64,000 bases of DNA from Hydrogenophaga sp. (GTDB taxonomy: Bacteria; Pseudomonadota; Gammaproteobacteria; Burkholderiales; Burkholderiaceae_C), in the NCBI GenBank assembly GCA_030696525.1, contig JAUYSB010000187.1, positions 290-64,289 of the forward strand, given 5' to 3'. The notes below the pieces were generated by a model. That model made no database searches and was not told where the DNA came from. It saw nothing but the letters and a program-made list of their open reading frames with translations. Positions 27,831 to 38,764 of the stretch are shown here, piece after piece. Each line of letters begins with the position of its first letter. The first letter of the stretch is position 1. A program made the position numbers and the translations under genes.

Positions 27831-29012
27831 TCATCCGCGCAAGGCTTTCAAGAGCTTTTGCCCGGCGCGGCCCGTGGCCTCAACACCCAGCCGGGATTGT
27901 TCGGCCCGGATGGCGGCGCGGCTCTTGTCGCCCAGCATGCCGTCCACGGTGCCGATGTCGTGGCCGCGCAGCAGCAACAGGCTTTGGATTTCGCGGCGTT
28001 CGGCGCGCGACAGGCCCGGGTCGTCGGTGGGCCAGGGCGTGGCAAAGGGCGCGCCGCCGCGCAGGCGGTCGGACAGGTGGGCGATGGCCAGGCCGTAGCT
28101 CTCGGCCGCGTTGTAGCTGTAGACGGCATCGAAGTTGCGGGTGACCAGGAAGGCCGGGCCGCTGGGGCCCGCCAGTGCCATGAGGCCCGCGCTGCCTTGG
28201 GTCGGCAAGGGGCTGCCGTCCACGCGTTTGAGGCCCTTGGCGGCCCACTCGCCCATGGGGCGTTTGCTGCGCCGGCCTTCGCCGCTGGTGCTGAAGCCGG
28301 CCGGCAGCTTGACTTCAAAACCCCAGGTCTGCCCCGTTTGCCAACCGGCTTTTTGCAGAAAGTTCGCGGTGGAGGCCAGCGCGTCGGCGGTGCTGTCCAT
28401 CAGGTCGCGTTTGCCGTCGCCGTCGAAGTCCACCGCCAGGCGCTCGAAGGTGCTGGGCATGAACTGGGTGTGGCCAAAGGCGCCGGCCCAGGAGCCCACC
28501 AGGCGCTCGGGCGCGATGTGGCCGGCCTGCAGGATGCGCAGCGTGGCAAAAAACTCGCCCCTGAAGTAACTCTGGCGCCGGCCGAAACACGACAGCGTGC
28601 CCAGCGCCTGCACCAGCGGGTAGCTGCCAAAACTCTGGCCGAAGTTGCTCTCCACGCCCCACACCGCCACCACGGTGGCCGGGTCCACGCCGTAGCGGGC
28701 CTCGACCTGGGCCAGCGTGTCGCGGTGCTGGGCCAGCAGGGCTCGGCCTTGTTCCACACGTTCGTCGTCCACCAGGCCGGCCATGTAGTCCCAGATGGGG
28801 GTGCGGAATTCAGGCTGGTTGTCCAGCTTCTCGATCACGCTCATGTCGGGCGCCAGGCCCTGGGTGTGGCGGGCAAAGCTGGCCTCGCTCACGCCGGCGG
28901 CGCGGGCCGGGGCGCGCAGCTCGCTCAGGCAGCTTCCGAAGCCGTTGGCGGTTTGCGCCCAGGCGGTGGACAGGGCCAGGGTCAGGGATGTGGCAATCAG
29001 CAGGTGTCGCAT
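27831..29012 (-). CDS. Lytic murein transglycosylase (MltB/SLT_2 family) with peptidoglycan-binding domain
   Basis: VWGVESNFG, GSWAGAFGHTQFMPS, VDFDGDGKRD. Confidence 0.92.
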   Translation of the reverse strand: MRHLLIATSLTLALSTAWAQTANGFGSCLSELRAPARAAGVSEASFARHTQGLAPDMSVIEKLDNQPEFRTPIWDYMAGLVDDERVEQGRALLAQHRDTLAQVEARYGVDPATVVAVWGVESNFGQSFGSYPLVQALGTLSCFGRRQSYFRGEFFATLRILQAGHIAPERLVGSWAGAFGHTQFMPSTFERLAVDFDGDGKRDLMDSTADALASTANFLQKAGWQTGQTWGFEVKLPAGFSTSGEGRRSKRPMGEWAAKGLKRVDGSPLPTQGSAGLMALAGPSGPAFLVTRNFDAVYSYNAAESYGLAIAHLSDRLRGGAPFATPWPTDDPGLSRAERREIQSLLLLRGHDIGTVDGMLGDKSRAAIRAEQSRLGVEATGRAGQKLLKALRG

Positions 29013-29018
29013 GTCGGG

Positions 29019-29678
29019 TCAACTTTCGGTGATGCCTTGCGCGCTCAGGCGCAGCAGGCGGTTGGTGCGTGTCGCCGCGTGGTCGGAGTGGGTGACCAGC
29101 ACCAGGGCGGCACCGTGTTCGCGGGTCTGGGCCAGCAGCAGGTCCAGCACCTGGGTGGCGGTGGTGGGGTCGAGGTTGCCGGTGGGCTCGTCGGCCAGTA
29201 TGAGCGCCGGGCGGTGCACCAGCGCGCGGGCGATGGCCACGCGCTGCAGTTGCCCGCCCGAGAGTTGCTGCGGCAGACGCGCACCCAAGGCGCCGAGGCC
29301 GACGGCGCGCAGCACCTCGGCCACGCGGGCGCCGTCGGGGCGCTGTTGCAACAGCAGCGGCAGGGCCACGTTCTGTGCCACGTCGAGGTGGGGCAGCACG
29401 TGAAAGGCCTGGAAGACGAAGCCCACGCGGTCGCGGCGCAGCAGGGCGCGGGCGGTGTCGTCCAGTGCGCTCAAGGGCTGGCCACACAGGCGCACCTCGC
29501 CAGCGTCCCAGCTGTCGAGCCCGGCCAGGCAGTTGAGCAGGGTGGATTTGCCCACGCCCGATTCGCCCACGATGGCCACACTCTCTCCGGCCATCACGCG
29601 CAGGTTCACGCTGTCAAACACCGTGCCTTCGCCATAGCGTTTGGCCAGGCCGCTCACGTCCACGACGGGCTCAGCCAT
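29019..29678 (-). CDS. ABC transporter ATP-binding protein (LolD/YbbA-like)
   Basis: [23 protein letters not shown]. Confidence 0.9.
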   Translation of the reverse strand: MAEPVVDVSGLAKRYGEGTVFDSVNLRVMAGESVAIVGESGVGKSTLLNCLAGLDSWDAGEVRLCGQPLSALDDTARALLRRDRVGFVFQAFHVLPHLDVAQNVALPLLLQQRPDGARVAEVLRAVGLGALGARLPQQLSGGQLQRVAIARALVHRPALILADEPTGNLDPTTATQVLDLLLAQTREHGAALVLVTHSDHAATRTNRLLRLSAQGITES

Positions 29679-30618
29679 GGCCATCCAGGTGTTGGGCCGC
29701 GTGTTGCAGCACCTGCGCCAACGCGTCGGGCGCTTCGCAGGCAATGGCGCTGCGCTGCGGCATGCTGCGCAGCCACGTGATCTGGCGTTTGGCCAGCTGG
29801 CGCGTGGCCGCAATGCCTTGTTCGCGCAGCGTTTGCAAGGCGGCGGGTGTGCCGGCCTCCAGTGCGTCCCAGGCCTGGCGGTAGCCCACGCAGCGCATGC
29901 TGGGCAGGTCGGGGTGCAGGTCGCCACGCGCGCGCAGCGCCCGCACTTCGTCCAGAAAACCGGCCGTCAGCATGGCGTCGAAACGCTGGGCGATGCGCTC
30001 GTGCAACCAGGGGCGGTCGGTGGGTTCCAGCGACAGCAGCGCGCCCGCCGGCAGCGGCCAGGCACCTTTGCGTGCGCCCTGTTGCAGGGCCGAGATGGGC
30101 TGGCCGCTGACGCGGAAGACCTCCAGTGCGCGCGAGATGCGCTGCGAATCGTTGGGGGCCAGGCGGGCGGCGGTGGCGGGGTCCACCACGGCGAGCGCGG
30201 CGTGCATCGCCGGCCAGCCTTGTGCCTGTGCTTCGGCCTCGATGGCGGCGCGCACGGCGGGCTGGGCCGGTGGCATGTCGTCCAGGCCGTCGAACAAGGC
30301 CTTGAGGTAGAGCATGGTGCCGCCCACCAGCAGCGGCACGCGGCCACGCGCGGTGATGTCGTCGCGCAGTCGGGTGGCGTCGCGCACGAATTCGGCCGCG
30401 CTGTAGGCGTCCAGCGGGTCGCGGATGTCGATCAGGTGGTGCGGCACGGCCGCCAGTTCGGCGGCGCTGGGCTTGGCGGTGCCAATGTCCATGCCCCGGT
30501 AGACCAGGGCCGAATCGACGCTGATGATTTCCACCGGCCAGCGCTGTGCAATGGCCAGCGCGGCGGCGGTTTTGCCGCTGGCGGTGGGGCCGGTGAGGGC
30601 CAGCCAAGGCCTTGTCAT
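29671..30618 (-). CDS. miaA: tRNA dimethylallyltransferase
   Basis: [41 protein letters not shown]. Confidence 0.97.
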   Translation of the reverse strand: MTRPWLALTGPTASGKTAAALAIAQRWPVEIISVDSALVYRGMDIGTAKPSAAELAAVPHHLIDIRDPLDAYSAAEFVRDATRLRDDITARGRVPLLVGGTMLYLKALFDGLDDMPPAQPAVRAAIEAEAQAQGWPAMHAALAVVDPATAARLAPNDSQRISRALEVFRVSGQPISALQQGARKGAWPLPAGALLSLEPTDRPWLHERIAQRFDAMLTAGFLDEVRALRARGDLHPDLPSMRCVGYRQAWDALEAGTPAALQTLREQGIAATRQLAKRQITWLRSMPQRSAIACEAPDALAQVLQHAAQHLDGHG

Positions 30619-31874
30619 GGTGCGGCCGCCTCGGTCACGCGCTGGGGTGGCGCGTTGGGTTCGCCAAAGCGCCACACCAGCGTCCAGGCGGTGAGGGCGA
30701 TGGTGGCGGCCCAGAACCAGATGCCGTTGGTGAGCGGCAACACCGAGCCGCCATCGCCCATCTGCATGTGGCGACCCAGCCAGCCGCCCATGGCAAAGGC
30801 CACCACGGTGATGAGAAAGCCGCTGAGCGCCGACGCCGCACCCGCCGCTTGCGGGAACGGCCCCACGGCGCCACTCTGGCCGCAGGGCTGGTGCACGCCG
30901 TGGGCGATCATGAACAGGTAGAAAGGCAGGACGACGGCCCACACATTGCGCACGTCCAGCAGCGGCAACACGCCCACCAGGGTGCCGCCGGTGAGGGTGA
31001 GTGCGCCCGCCACGGCCACCGTGCGACGCACGCCCAGGTGCGGCAGCAGGCGGCGGCAGACAAAGGTGCCGGCGATGTAGGCCAGCGAGACCGTGCTCAT
31101 CACCAGGCCGTAGGCGGTTTTGCTCAGGCCCAGCACCTGGATGAACACAAAGGAGGACGCGGCCAGGAAGGTGAACAGGCCACCATACGATGCGGCGGTG
31201 AGCAGCGCATAGGCCCAGAAGCCGGGGTGGCGCAGGATCAACGCCCAGGTGCGCAGCAGCGTGCCCGGTTCCAGGGCGCGGGGGTTCTTGGCGGGCAGGG
31301 TTTCTTCAAAGCGCCAGACGATGAGCGCCAGCCCCGCCGCGCCAAAAATGGCCAGCGCCAGCAGCGCCACGCGCCAGCCAAAGGCCTCGGACAGCAGGCC
31401 GCCCAGCGGCGGGCTCAGAAAGGCGATCACGCCCAGGCCCGACAGGCCCTTGGACATGGCGCGTGCGCCGTCAACCGGCTTATAGAGATCGCGCACGATG
31501 GCGCGAGCGCACATCACGCCCGCGCCCATGGCCGCGCCCTGCACCGTGCGCCAGACGATGAGTTGCTCCATGCTGTTGGCGATGGTGCAGCCCACCGAGG
31601 CCAGCACATAGGCGGCCATGCCGGCCAGCAGCACCGGGCGGCGGCCAAAACGGTCAGACAGCGGGCCCCAGACCAGCTGCGACAGACCAAAGGCGAGCAG
31701 CAACGCCGTGAGCGTGAGCTGGGCCTGCGACATCGGGGCGCCAAACCCCTGGGTGAGGGCGGGCAGGGCGGGCAGGTAGAGGTCGGTGGTGATGGGCTGC
31801 AGGCCCAGCATCAGCGTGAGCACCAGCACCACCATACCCGTTGACATGGCGTTTGAATTGGGCAAAGAAGGCAT
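30615..31874 (-). CDS. Bcr/CflA-family MFS efflux transporter
   Basis: [30 protein letters not shown]; start uncertain (31874 or 31847). Confidence 0.9.
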   Translation of the reverse strand: MPSLPNSNAMSTGMVVLVLTLMLGLQPITTDLYLPALPALTQGFGAPMSQAQLTLTALLLAFGLSQLVWGPLSDRFGRRPVLLAGMAAYVLASVGCTIANSMEQLIVWRTVQGAAMGAGVMCARAIVRDLYKPVDGARAMSKGLSGLGVIAFLSPPLGGLLSEAFGWRVALLALAIFGAAGLALIVWRFEETLPAKNPRALEPGTLLRTWALILRHPGFWAYALLTAASYGGLFTFLAASSFVFIQVLGLSKTAYGLVMSTVSLAYIAGTFVCRRLLPHLGVRRTVAVAGALTLTGGTLVGVLPLLDVRNVWAVVLPFYLFMIAHGVHQPCGQSGAVGPFPQAAGAASALSGFLITVVAFAMGGWLGRHMQMGDGGSVLPLTNGIWFWAATIALTAWTLVWRFGEPNAPPQRVTEAAAP

Positions 31875-31924
31875 CCGGCTGAGGTTAGCAGATGCGGACG
31901 CAACCATTGCCCCGCCGGGCGCGC

Positions 31925-32767
31925 TCAACGCAAGCCAAACAGATCGGCGATCGCCACCCGGTACTGCGCCTGGCCCACGGCGTTGGTGTTGTGGTGCGAG
32001 CCGCCTTCAACCAGCACAAAGGCCTTTTTGCCCGTGGCAGCGTCAAACAGGCGCTGGCCCAGGGTGGGCGGGATCAGCCGGTCGGCGCCGCCGTGAACCA
32101 CCAGCAGCGGCGAGCCGATGCCGGCCACGCGCTTGACCGCCTCGAAGCGCTGCGTGATGAAAGGCGTGACCGGCAGCCAGCCCCATTTGAAGGAGCTGAC
32201 CACGTCAGGGATGGAGGTGAAAGTGCCTTCGACCAGGGTGCCAGCCTCGTCGCCCACCTGCGCGGCCAGCTCAATGGCAATGGCCCCACCCAGCGAATGG
32301 CCGAAGATGTAGCGCGGCCGGCCGGGGTAGGTTTTGCCCAGCCAGTCCCAGGCGGCGCGGGCGTCTTCGTAGGCCATGGTCTCGGACGGCAGGTCGGCGG
32401 TGCTCTTGCCGAAGCCCCGGTAGTCGATGCCCAGCACCGAAAAGCCCAGCTCCTGCATGCGCTGCATGCGAAAGGCCGAGCCGGTCACGTTCCAGCGCGC
32501 GCCATGCAGGTAGAGCAGGATGGGCGCGTCGGCGCGGCGCTCAAAGTCAGCGTGCGGCGCCCACAGGCCGTGCAGCTTGACCGGCTGGCCGCTCTCGCGG
32601 GAGTCGAAGTCGATCCACACATCGGCCATGCCGGTGGCAGCCTCGGCGCCGCGCGACCAACTGCGGTCGGACGGCTGGAAGATCCACTGGCGCTGTTTTT
32701 CGTCCAGCGTGGCGCAGCCGGCCAGCAGGCCCAGCGCGGCGATCAACACAAAAAGCAGGCGTTTCAT
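31925..32767 (-). CDS. Alpha/beta hydrolase, probable lipoprotein
   Basis: LAGC lipobox, YLHG, DYRGFG, GHSLGG, HG..D, SHHN. Confidence 0.88.
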   Translation of the reverse strand: MKRLLFVLIAALGLLAGCATLDEKQRQWIFQPSDRSWSRGAEAATGMADVWIDFDSRESGQPVKLHGLWAPHADFERRADAPILLYLHGARWNVTGSAFRMQRMQELGFSVLGIDYRGFGKSTADLPSETMAYEDARAAWDWLGKTYPGRPRYIFGHSLGGAIAIELAAQVGDEAGTLVEGTFTSIPDVVSSFKWGWLPVTPFITQRFEAVKRVAGIGSPLLVVHGGADRLIPPTLGQRLFDAATGKKAFVLVEGGSHHNTNAVGQAQYRVAIADLFGLR

Positions 32768-32844
32768 GGGGAGGTCCGAGCCGCTGGCGGGCGAAAAGTT
32801 CAGGGCAGAATGGCCGCCATGCCCGCAGTCACAGCACACGCATC

Positions 32845-33252
32845 ATGACCGACAGTGTCTTCACCCGCATCGTCCGCCGCGAAATCCCTGCCGCCATCGT
32901 GTTCGAAGACGGACAGGTGATCGCCTTCATGGACGCCGGCCAGGTCAACCCTGGCCACGTGCTGGTGGCCACCAAACGCCAGGTGGAAACCGTGATGGAG
33001 CTGACCGAAGCCGAGGCGGCTCACCTGTTCGCCATCGCCACCCGCGTGGCCAAGGCGGTGCAGGCCGAGTTCCAACCCGAGGGCATGACCCTGCTGCAGA
33101 CCAACAAGCCCGCCGGCTGGCAGACCGTGCCCCACGTGCATGTCCACGTGCTGCCGCGCCACACGGATGACGGCGCCGACCTGGTCTGGCCCCGCAAAGA
33201 TCCGCCGCTGGCCGAACTGCAGGCGTTGGCGGCGCGCCTGCGGTTGGCGTGA
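32845..33252 (+). CDS. HIT-family protein
   Basis: QTVPHVHVHVLPR histidine triad. Confidence 0.95.
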   Translation: MTDSVFTRIVRREIPAAIVFEDGQVIAFMDAGQVNPGHVLVATKRQVETVMELTEAEAAHLFAIATRVAKAVQAEFQPEGMTLLQTNKPAGWQTVPHVHVHVLPRHTDDGADLVWPRKDPPLAELQALAARLRLA

Positions 33253-33312
33253 CCTCAGGCTGAGGCCGACCGTTCCACGACCGGCCACGGTGGCTGGGTC
33301 CAGGCCCCAAGC

Positions 33313-34665
33313 TCAGCGCAGAATTGTGATGGCCAGCCCGGCCGCTGCGCAGGCGCCCAGCAGGGAAAAAACGCCGGTTTTGAAGCGGAACAAGGCCACC
33401 GTGGCGGCCACGGTGATCAGGGCCGAGACAAGGTCGAAGGTGCCGCCAAACCCTTGCGGCCACCACACGTGGTACGCAAAAAACAGCGCCAGGTTGAGGA
33501 TGACGCCGACCACCGCCGCCGTGATGGCCGACAGCGGCGCGGTGAAGCCCAGCTTGCCGTGGGTGGCTTCCACCAGCGGGCCGCCGGCCAGGATGAAAAC
33601 GAAGGAGGGCAGGAAGGTGAAGAAGGTGACCACCGTGGCGGCCAGCGCGGCACCGGCGAACAGCGCGTCGGGTCCCAGCACGGCCTGCTGCCAGCCACCC
33701 ACAAAACCCACGAAGGCCACCACCATGATCAGCGGCCCCGGTGTGGTTTCGCCCAGAGCCAGGCCGTCGATCATCTGCGCGCCGCTGAGCCACTGGAAGG
33801 TCTCGACCGCGCCCTGGTACACATAGGGCAATACCGCGTAGGCGCCGCCAAAGGTCAGCAGCGCGGCCTTGGTGAAAAACCAGCCCATCTGCGTCAGCGT
33901 GGTGTCCCAACCCTGCCAGGCCACCAGCGAGCCCATGGCGAGCAGCCACAGGCCGGCACCGGCGGCCAGCACCTTGAGCAGGTGGGCGCGCGAAAAACGC
34001 GCGTGGTCCGGCGTGGGGGTGTCGTCGTCGATCAGGGCCGGGCCGTAGCCGGTGTGGGCGCTGCCGTGGCCACCGCCCAGCGCGAACACGGCGGGCGCGT
34101 GGCGCGAGCCCAGCCAGCCGATCAGCGCGGCCACCGCCACGATGGCAGGAAAGGGTGTGTCGAAAGCGAAGATAGCCACGAAGGACGCTGCCGCGATGGC
34201 CCACATCCAGCCGTTCTTGAGTGCGCGCGTGCCGATGCGGTGGGCCGCGTGCAACACCAGGGCCGTCACGGCCGGCTTGATGCCGTAGAACAGGCCGGCC
34301 ACCACCGGCACGTTGCCAAACGCCAGGTAAATCCACGACAGCGCGATCAGGATGAACAAGGAGGGCAGCACGAACAAAGCACCGGCCACGAAACCGCCCC
34401 AGCTGCGGTGCAGCAGCCAGCCGATGTAGGTGGCCAGCTGCTGGGCCTCGGGGCCAGGCAACAACATGCAGTAGTTGAGCGCGTGCAGAAAGCGCTTCTC
34501 GCTGATCCAGCGGCGGCGCTCCACCAGCTCGGTGTGCATGATGGCGATCTGCCCGGCCGGGCCGCCAAAGCTGATGAAGCCCAGCTTGAGCCAGAAGCGC
34601 AAGGCTTGGGCAAAACTCACCGGGGCAGGGGCAGGGGCAGGGGCGGAGGTTGGAGACCGGTGCAT
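33313..34665 (-). CDS. chrA: Chromate efflux transporter
   Basis: SFGGPAGQI, LPGPEAQQL, TFGGAYAVL, TPGP. Confidence 0.93.
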   Translation of the reverse strand: MHRSPTSAPAPAPAPVSFAQALRFWLKLGFISFGGPAGQIAIMHTELVERRRWISEKRFLHALNYCMLLPGPEAQQLATYIGWLLHRSWGGFVAGALFVLPSLFILIALSWIYLAFGNVPVVAGLFYGIKPAVTALVLHAAHRIGTRALKNGWMWAIAAASFVAIFAFDTPFPAIVAVAALIGWLGSRHAPAVFALGGGHGSAHTGYGPALIDDDTPTPDHARFSRAHLLKVLAAGAGLWLLAMGSLVAWQGWDTTLTQMGWFFTKAALLTFGGAYAVLPYVYQGAVETFQWLSGAQMIDGLALGETTPGPLIMVVAFVGFVGGWQQAVLGPDALFAGAALAATVVTFFTFLPSFVFILAGGPLVEATHGKLGFTAPLSAITAAVVGVILNLALFFAYHVWWPQGFGGTFDLVSALITVAATVALFRFKTGVFSLLGACAAAGLAITILR

Positions 34666-34696
34666 GGACTCGCATTCTCCCGCACACTGCTCAGCG

Positions 34697-36040
34697 TCAG
34701 ATCACACCTTGAGCCAGCATCGCGTCGGCCACTTTGACGAAACCGGCGATGTTGGCGCCATCGACGTAGCTGACGCTGCCGTCGGCGCGCTGGCCGTGCT
34801 GCAGGCAGGCCTGGTGGATGCCCACCATGATGCCGTGCAGGCGCTGGTCCACTTCGTCGCGCGGCCAACTGAGTCGCATGGCGTTCTGGCTCATTTCCAG
34901 GCCCGACGTGGCCACGCCGCCGGCGTTGCTGGCCTTGCCAGGTGCGTACAGCACACCGGCGCTTTCAAACAGCTTGGCTGCTTCGATGGTGGTGGGCATG
35001 TTGGCGCCTTCGGCCACACATTTGACGCCATGCTTGACCAGCAGCGCGGCGTCGGCGGCGTCCAGCTCGTTCTGCGTGGCGCAGGGCAGGGCCACGTCCA
35101 CCGGCACGCTCCATGGCCTGATGCCGGCCTCGAAACGTGTTTTGGTGCGGGCGGCGTAGTCGCTCACGCGGCCGTACAGGTGGTTTTTGACTTCCATGAG
35201 CTCGGCCAGCTTGACCGGGGTGAAACCGTCTTCGTCGATGAGGGTGCCGCTGGAATCGGACACGGTGACGACCTTGGCGCCCATGGCCATGGCCTTTTCC
35301 ACCGCGTACTGGGCGACGTTGCCCGACCCCGAGACGCTCACGCGCAGGCCGTCGAAGGACATGCCTTTTTGTTTCAGCATTTCCTGCGCGAAGTACACCG
35401 TGCCGTAGCCCGTGGCCTCGGGCCGAATCAGCGAGCCACCAAAACTCAGCCCCTTGCCGGTGAACACACAGTCGGCACGGTTGCTGAGCTTTTTCATCAT
35501 GCCGGCCATGTAGCCCACCTCGCGGCCGCCCACGCCGATGTCACCGGCAGGCACGTCGGTGTCGGCGCCCACGTGCCGGAACAGCTCGCTCACCAGCGCC
35601 TGGCAAAAACGCATCACCTCGCCTGGGCTTTTGCCTTTCGGGTCGAAGTCCGAGCCGCCCTTGCCACCACCCATGGGCAGGGTGGTCAAGGCGTTTTTGA
35701 AAGTCTGCTCAAAGGCCAGGAATTTGAGGATGGACAGGTTGACGGAGGGGTGGAACCGCATGCCGCCTTTGTAGGGGCCGATGGCCGAGCTGTGCTGGGT
35801 GCGGTAGCCCCGGTTGACCTGCACGTCGCCGTGGTCGTTGACCCACGAGATGCGGAACATGACCGTGCGTTCGGGCTCGACCAGTCGGTCCAGCAGGCCT
35901 TGTTCGGCGTACTTCGGATGGCTCTGGATGAAGGGCCACAGGCTTTCCATCACCTCGGTGACGGCCTGGTGGAATTCGGGCTGGCCTGGGTTGCGCTGGG
36001 CAACCTGCTCAAGAAATGGGTGAACCGAGGCGTACTTCAA
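34697..36040 (-). CDS. gdhA: NADP-specific glutamate dehydrogenase
   Basis: GPYKGGMRFHP, GGGKGGSDF, DVPAGDIGVG, GSGNVA; TTG start at 36040 with GGAG RBS. Confidence 0.96.
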   Translation of the reverse strand: MKYASVHPFLEQVAQRNPGQPEFHQAVTEVMESLWPFIQSHPKYAEQGLLDRLVEPERTVMFRISWVNDHGDVQVNRGYRTQHSSAIGPYKGGMRFHPSVNLSILKFLAFEQTFKNALTTLPMGGGKGGSDFDPKGKSPGEVMRFCQALVSELFRHVGADTDVPAGDIGVGGREVGYMAGMMKKLSNRADCVFTGKGLSFGGSLIRPEATGYGTVYFAQEMLKQKGMSFDGLRVSVSGSGNVAQYAVEKAMAMGAKVVTVSDSSGTLIDEDGFTPVKLAELMEVKNHLYGRVSDYAARTKTRFEAGIRPWSVPVDVALPCATQNELDAADAALLVKHGVKCVAEGANMPTTIEAAKLFESAGVLYAPGKASNAGGVATSGLEMSQNAMRLSWPRDEVDQRLHGIMVGIHQACLQHGQRADGSVSYVDGANIAGFVKVADAMLAQGVI

Positions 36041-36108
36041 TGTCGTGCTCCAAAACAATGCATGACATTATGCGAAACACGCATTCCGCTAACCGAAATG
36101 GAGCATGA

Positions 36109-36156
36109 AGCACTTCAGTGGTGCAAAAGTTGGTGATATCGCTTTGTTTTGGTGCG
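36109..36156. promoter_or_regulatory. Tandem NtrC-like binding sites upstream of gdhA
   Basis: AGCACTTCAGTGGTGCA (36109-36125) and weaker CGCTTTGTTTTGGTGCG (36140-36156), 31 bp apart; NtrC consensus TGCACCA-N3-TGGTGCA. Confidence 0.6.
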
Positions 36157-36157
36157 G

Positions 36158-38062
36158 CTAGCGCCCGCGCAAAAAGAGGCCATCGAGCTCGCGCATGGAC
36201 AGCTGGCGCCAGGTGGGCCGCCCGTGGTTGCACTGGTCGGCGCGGTCTGTCACTTCCATCTGGCGCAGCAGGGCGTTCATCTCTTCCAGCGTGAGCCGGC
36301 GGTTGGCGCGCACCGCGCCGTGGCAGGCCATGGTGGCCAGCAGCTCGTTGCGGGCACGCTGCACCACGGTGCTGGCATCAACCTGGCCCAGTTCGGCCAA
36401 CACGCTGCGCGCCAGCGCCACGGCATCACCGCTGGCCAGGGTGGCCGGCACGGCGCGCACGGCCAGGGTCTGGGGCGAAAACGGCGTGATCTCCAGCCCC
36501 AGTTGTTGCAACGCCTCGGCACCGGCTTCGGCGCTGGCCACCTCGGCCGGGGTGGCGGCAAAGGTGGCCGGGATCAGCAGCGGCTGGCTGGACAGCGCGG
36601 CCTCGGGGCCGGCGTCGAGCTGTTGCTTGAGCCGCTCATAGACGATGCGCTCGTGGGCCGCGTGCATGTCCACCAGCACCAGGCCCTGGGCGTTTTCGGC
36701 CAGGATGTAGACGCCGTGCAACTGCGCGATGGCACGGCCCAGGGGCCAGGTGTCGGCGGGCGGCGCTTCGGGGGCGGGCGCAGCCGCTTCAGGGGCTGAT
36801 GTGCGGGTTGAAACCGACCACAGGGCGCCCAGATCGCTCACGCGGTGCCCCCCCTCGGGCGAGGGGGTGGGCCGGTACAGGAAGGGGCTGGGCGCGGGCC
36901 GCTCGGCCAGCGGCAGCGGGCTTTGCCAGGCGGGCGAGGTCAGGCTCACCACGGGCGCCACGGCCGAGGTGGACGCCACGGGCTGGCCGGCACGGGACGC
37001 GGCCAGCGTGTCCTCCACCGCGTGGCGCACCGCCTGGTGCACCTCGCGGCTGTCGCGAAAACGCACCTCGATTTTGGTCGGGTGCACGTTCACGTCCACC
37101 CGGCGTGGGTTGATCTCGATGAACAGCGCGTACACCGGCTGGCGCTGGCCGTGCAACACGTCTTCAAACGCAGCGCGGGCGGCGTGGCTCACCACCTTGT
37201 CGCGCACAAAGCGGCCGTTCACGTAGGCAAACTGCTGGTCGGCGCGGGCACGGGCAAAGTCGGGCAGGCCCACGCGGCCCCACACCCGCATGGGGTGCGG
37301 GTGCTCGCTGCTGCTCTGCCAGGCCACCGGCAGGCTGTTGTCCAGAAACTCGCGGCCCAGCACATCGCCCAGGCGTTGCGCCATGCCGTCTTCGGGCGTG
37401 GCGCCGGGGGGCGCGGCACGCCACTGTTCCACCAGCTTGCCTTCGTGCCAGATGGCAAAACCCACATCGGGCCGGGCCAGCGCATGGCGGCGCACGGCCT
37501 CGATGCAATGCGCCAGCTCGGTGGCGTCGGTCTTGAGGAACTTGCGCCGCGCGGGCGTGGCGTAGAACAGCTCGCGCACCTCCACGCTGGTGCCCACACC
37601 GCGCGGCGCCGGGCTCAGTTCGCCGGTGCGGCCGTTGAGCAGCCAGGCGTGATCGGCGTCCATGCCGTCTGCGGCGGGCGTGCGCGAGAGCAAACTGAGT
37701 TCGGCCACCGAGGCTATTGCAGCCAGCGCCTCGCCCCGAAACCCCATGGTGCCCACCGATTCGAGGTCGTCGAGCGAGCGGATCTTGCTGGTGGCGTGGC
37801 GTTTGAGGGCCACCGGCAGCTCGGTGCGCGGAATGCCCTGGCCGTCGTCTTCCACCGCGATCAGGCGCACGCCGCCGGCCAGCAGCCGCACCGTCACCTG
37901 GCGCGCGCCGGCGTCCAGCGCGTTGTCCACCAGCTCGCGCACCACCGAGGCGGGGCGCTCCACCACCTCGCCGGCCGCAATCTGGCTGATCAGCTCGTCG
38001 GGGAGTTCGAGGATGGGGCAGCGCTGCCCGGGCTGGGCTGGGAGGTCATGGGGGGCGTTCAC
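36158..38062 (-). CDS. mutL: DNA mismatch repair protein MutL
   Basis: IAAGEVVERP, GFRGEAL, DVNVHPTK, DMHAAHER, ACH, CNHGRP. Confidence 0.98.
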   Translation of the reverse strand: MNAPHDLPAQPGQRCPILELPDELISQIAAGEVVERPASVVRELVDNALDAGARQVTVRLLAGGVRLIAVEDDGQGIPRTELPVALKRHATSKIRSLDDLESVGTMGFRGEALAAIASVAELSLLSRTPAADGMDADHAWLLNGRTGELSPAPRGVGTSVEVRELFYATPARRKFLKTDATELAHCIEAVRRHALARPDVGFAIWHEGKLVEQWRAAPPGATPEDGMAQRLGDVLGREFLDNSLPVAWQSSSEHPHPMRVWGRVGLPDFARARADQQFAYVNGRFVRDKVVSHAARAAFEDVLHGQRQPVYALFIEINPRRVDVNVHPTKIEVRFRDSREVHQAVRHAVEDTLAASRAGQPVASTSAVAPVVSLTSPAWQSPLPLAERPAPSPFLYRPTPSPEGGHRVSDLGALWSVSTRTSAPEAAAPAPEAPPADTWPLGRAIAQLHGVYILAENAQGLVLVDMHAAHERIVYERLKQQLDAGPEAALSSQPLLIPATFAATPAEVASAEAGAEALQQLGLEITPFSPQTLAVRAVPATLASGDAVALARSVLAELGQVDASTVVQRARNELLATMACHGAVRANRRLTLEEMNALLRQMEVTDRADQCNHGRPTWRQLSMRELDGLFLRGR

Positions 38063-38097
38063 AGGGCAATTTTAGGTCGCCGCGATAATCGCCACCC

Positions 38098-38751
38098 ATG
38101 GACATCATTGCGACCCTGATCGACTTCATCCTGCACGTGGACGCCCACCTGGAGGCCTTTGTGCAAGCCTACGGCGCCTGGGTCTATGCCCTGCTGTTTC
38201 TCATCATTTTTGTGGAAACCGGCGTGGTGGTCATGCCCTTTCTGCCCGGCGATTCGCTCTTGTTTGTGGTGGGCGCGCTGTGTGGTGCCGGTTTCATGAG
38301 CCTGCCGCTGGCCATGGTGCTGCTGGTGCTGGCCGCCATCCTGGGCGACCAGCTCAACTACACCATAGGCCGCTACTTCGGCCCCAAGGTGTTTCAGTGG
38401 GAGGACTCGCGCTTGTTCAACCGCAAGGCCTTCGACCGCGCGCACAACTTCTACGAAAAATACGGTGGCATCACGGTCATCCTGGCCCGCTTCATGCCCT
38501 TTGTGCGCACCTTTGTGCCTTTTGTGGCCGGTGTGGCCGAGATGACGCGCAGCACCTTCACGTTCTACAACGTGATCGGCGCGCTGATCTGGGTGGTGGG
38601 CCTGACCGGTGCCGGCTACCTGTTCGGCAACCTGCCCTGGGTGCAGGCCAACCTGAGCAAAATCATCTGGGCCATGATCATCGTGCCGGGGTTGATTGCC
38701 ATGTTTGGGGCTTGGCGGGCCGGGCGCGCCGAGGCGAAGTCGGCGGCCTGA
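38098..38751 (+). CDS. DedA-family membrane protein
   Basis: FVETG...PFLPGDSLLF, ARFMPFVRTF. Confidence 0.93.
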   Translation: MDIIATLIDFILHVDAHLEAFVQAYGAWVYALLFLIIFVETGVVVMPFLPGDSLLFVVGALCGAGFMSLPLAMVLLVLAAILGDQLNYTIGRYFGPKVFQWEDSRLFNRKAFDRAHNFYEKYGGITVILARFMPFVRTFVPFVAGVAEMTRSTFTFYNVIGALIWVVGLTGAGYLFGNLPWVQANLSKIIWAMIIVPGLIAMFGAWRAGRAEAKSAA

Positions 38752-38764
38752 ACTCTGTGGCTTT

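Noticed and set aside
34622-34644. (GGGGCA)n repeat
   Set aside because: Encodes a Pro-Ala linker at the ChrA N-terminus; in frame and unremarkable.
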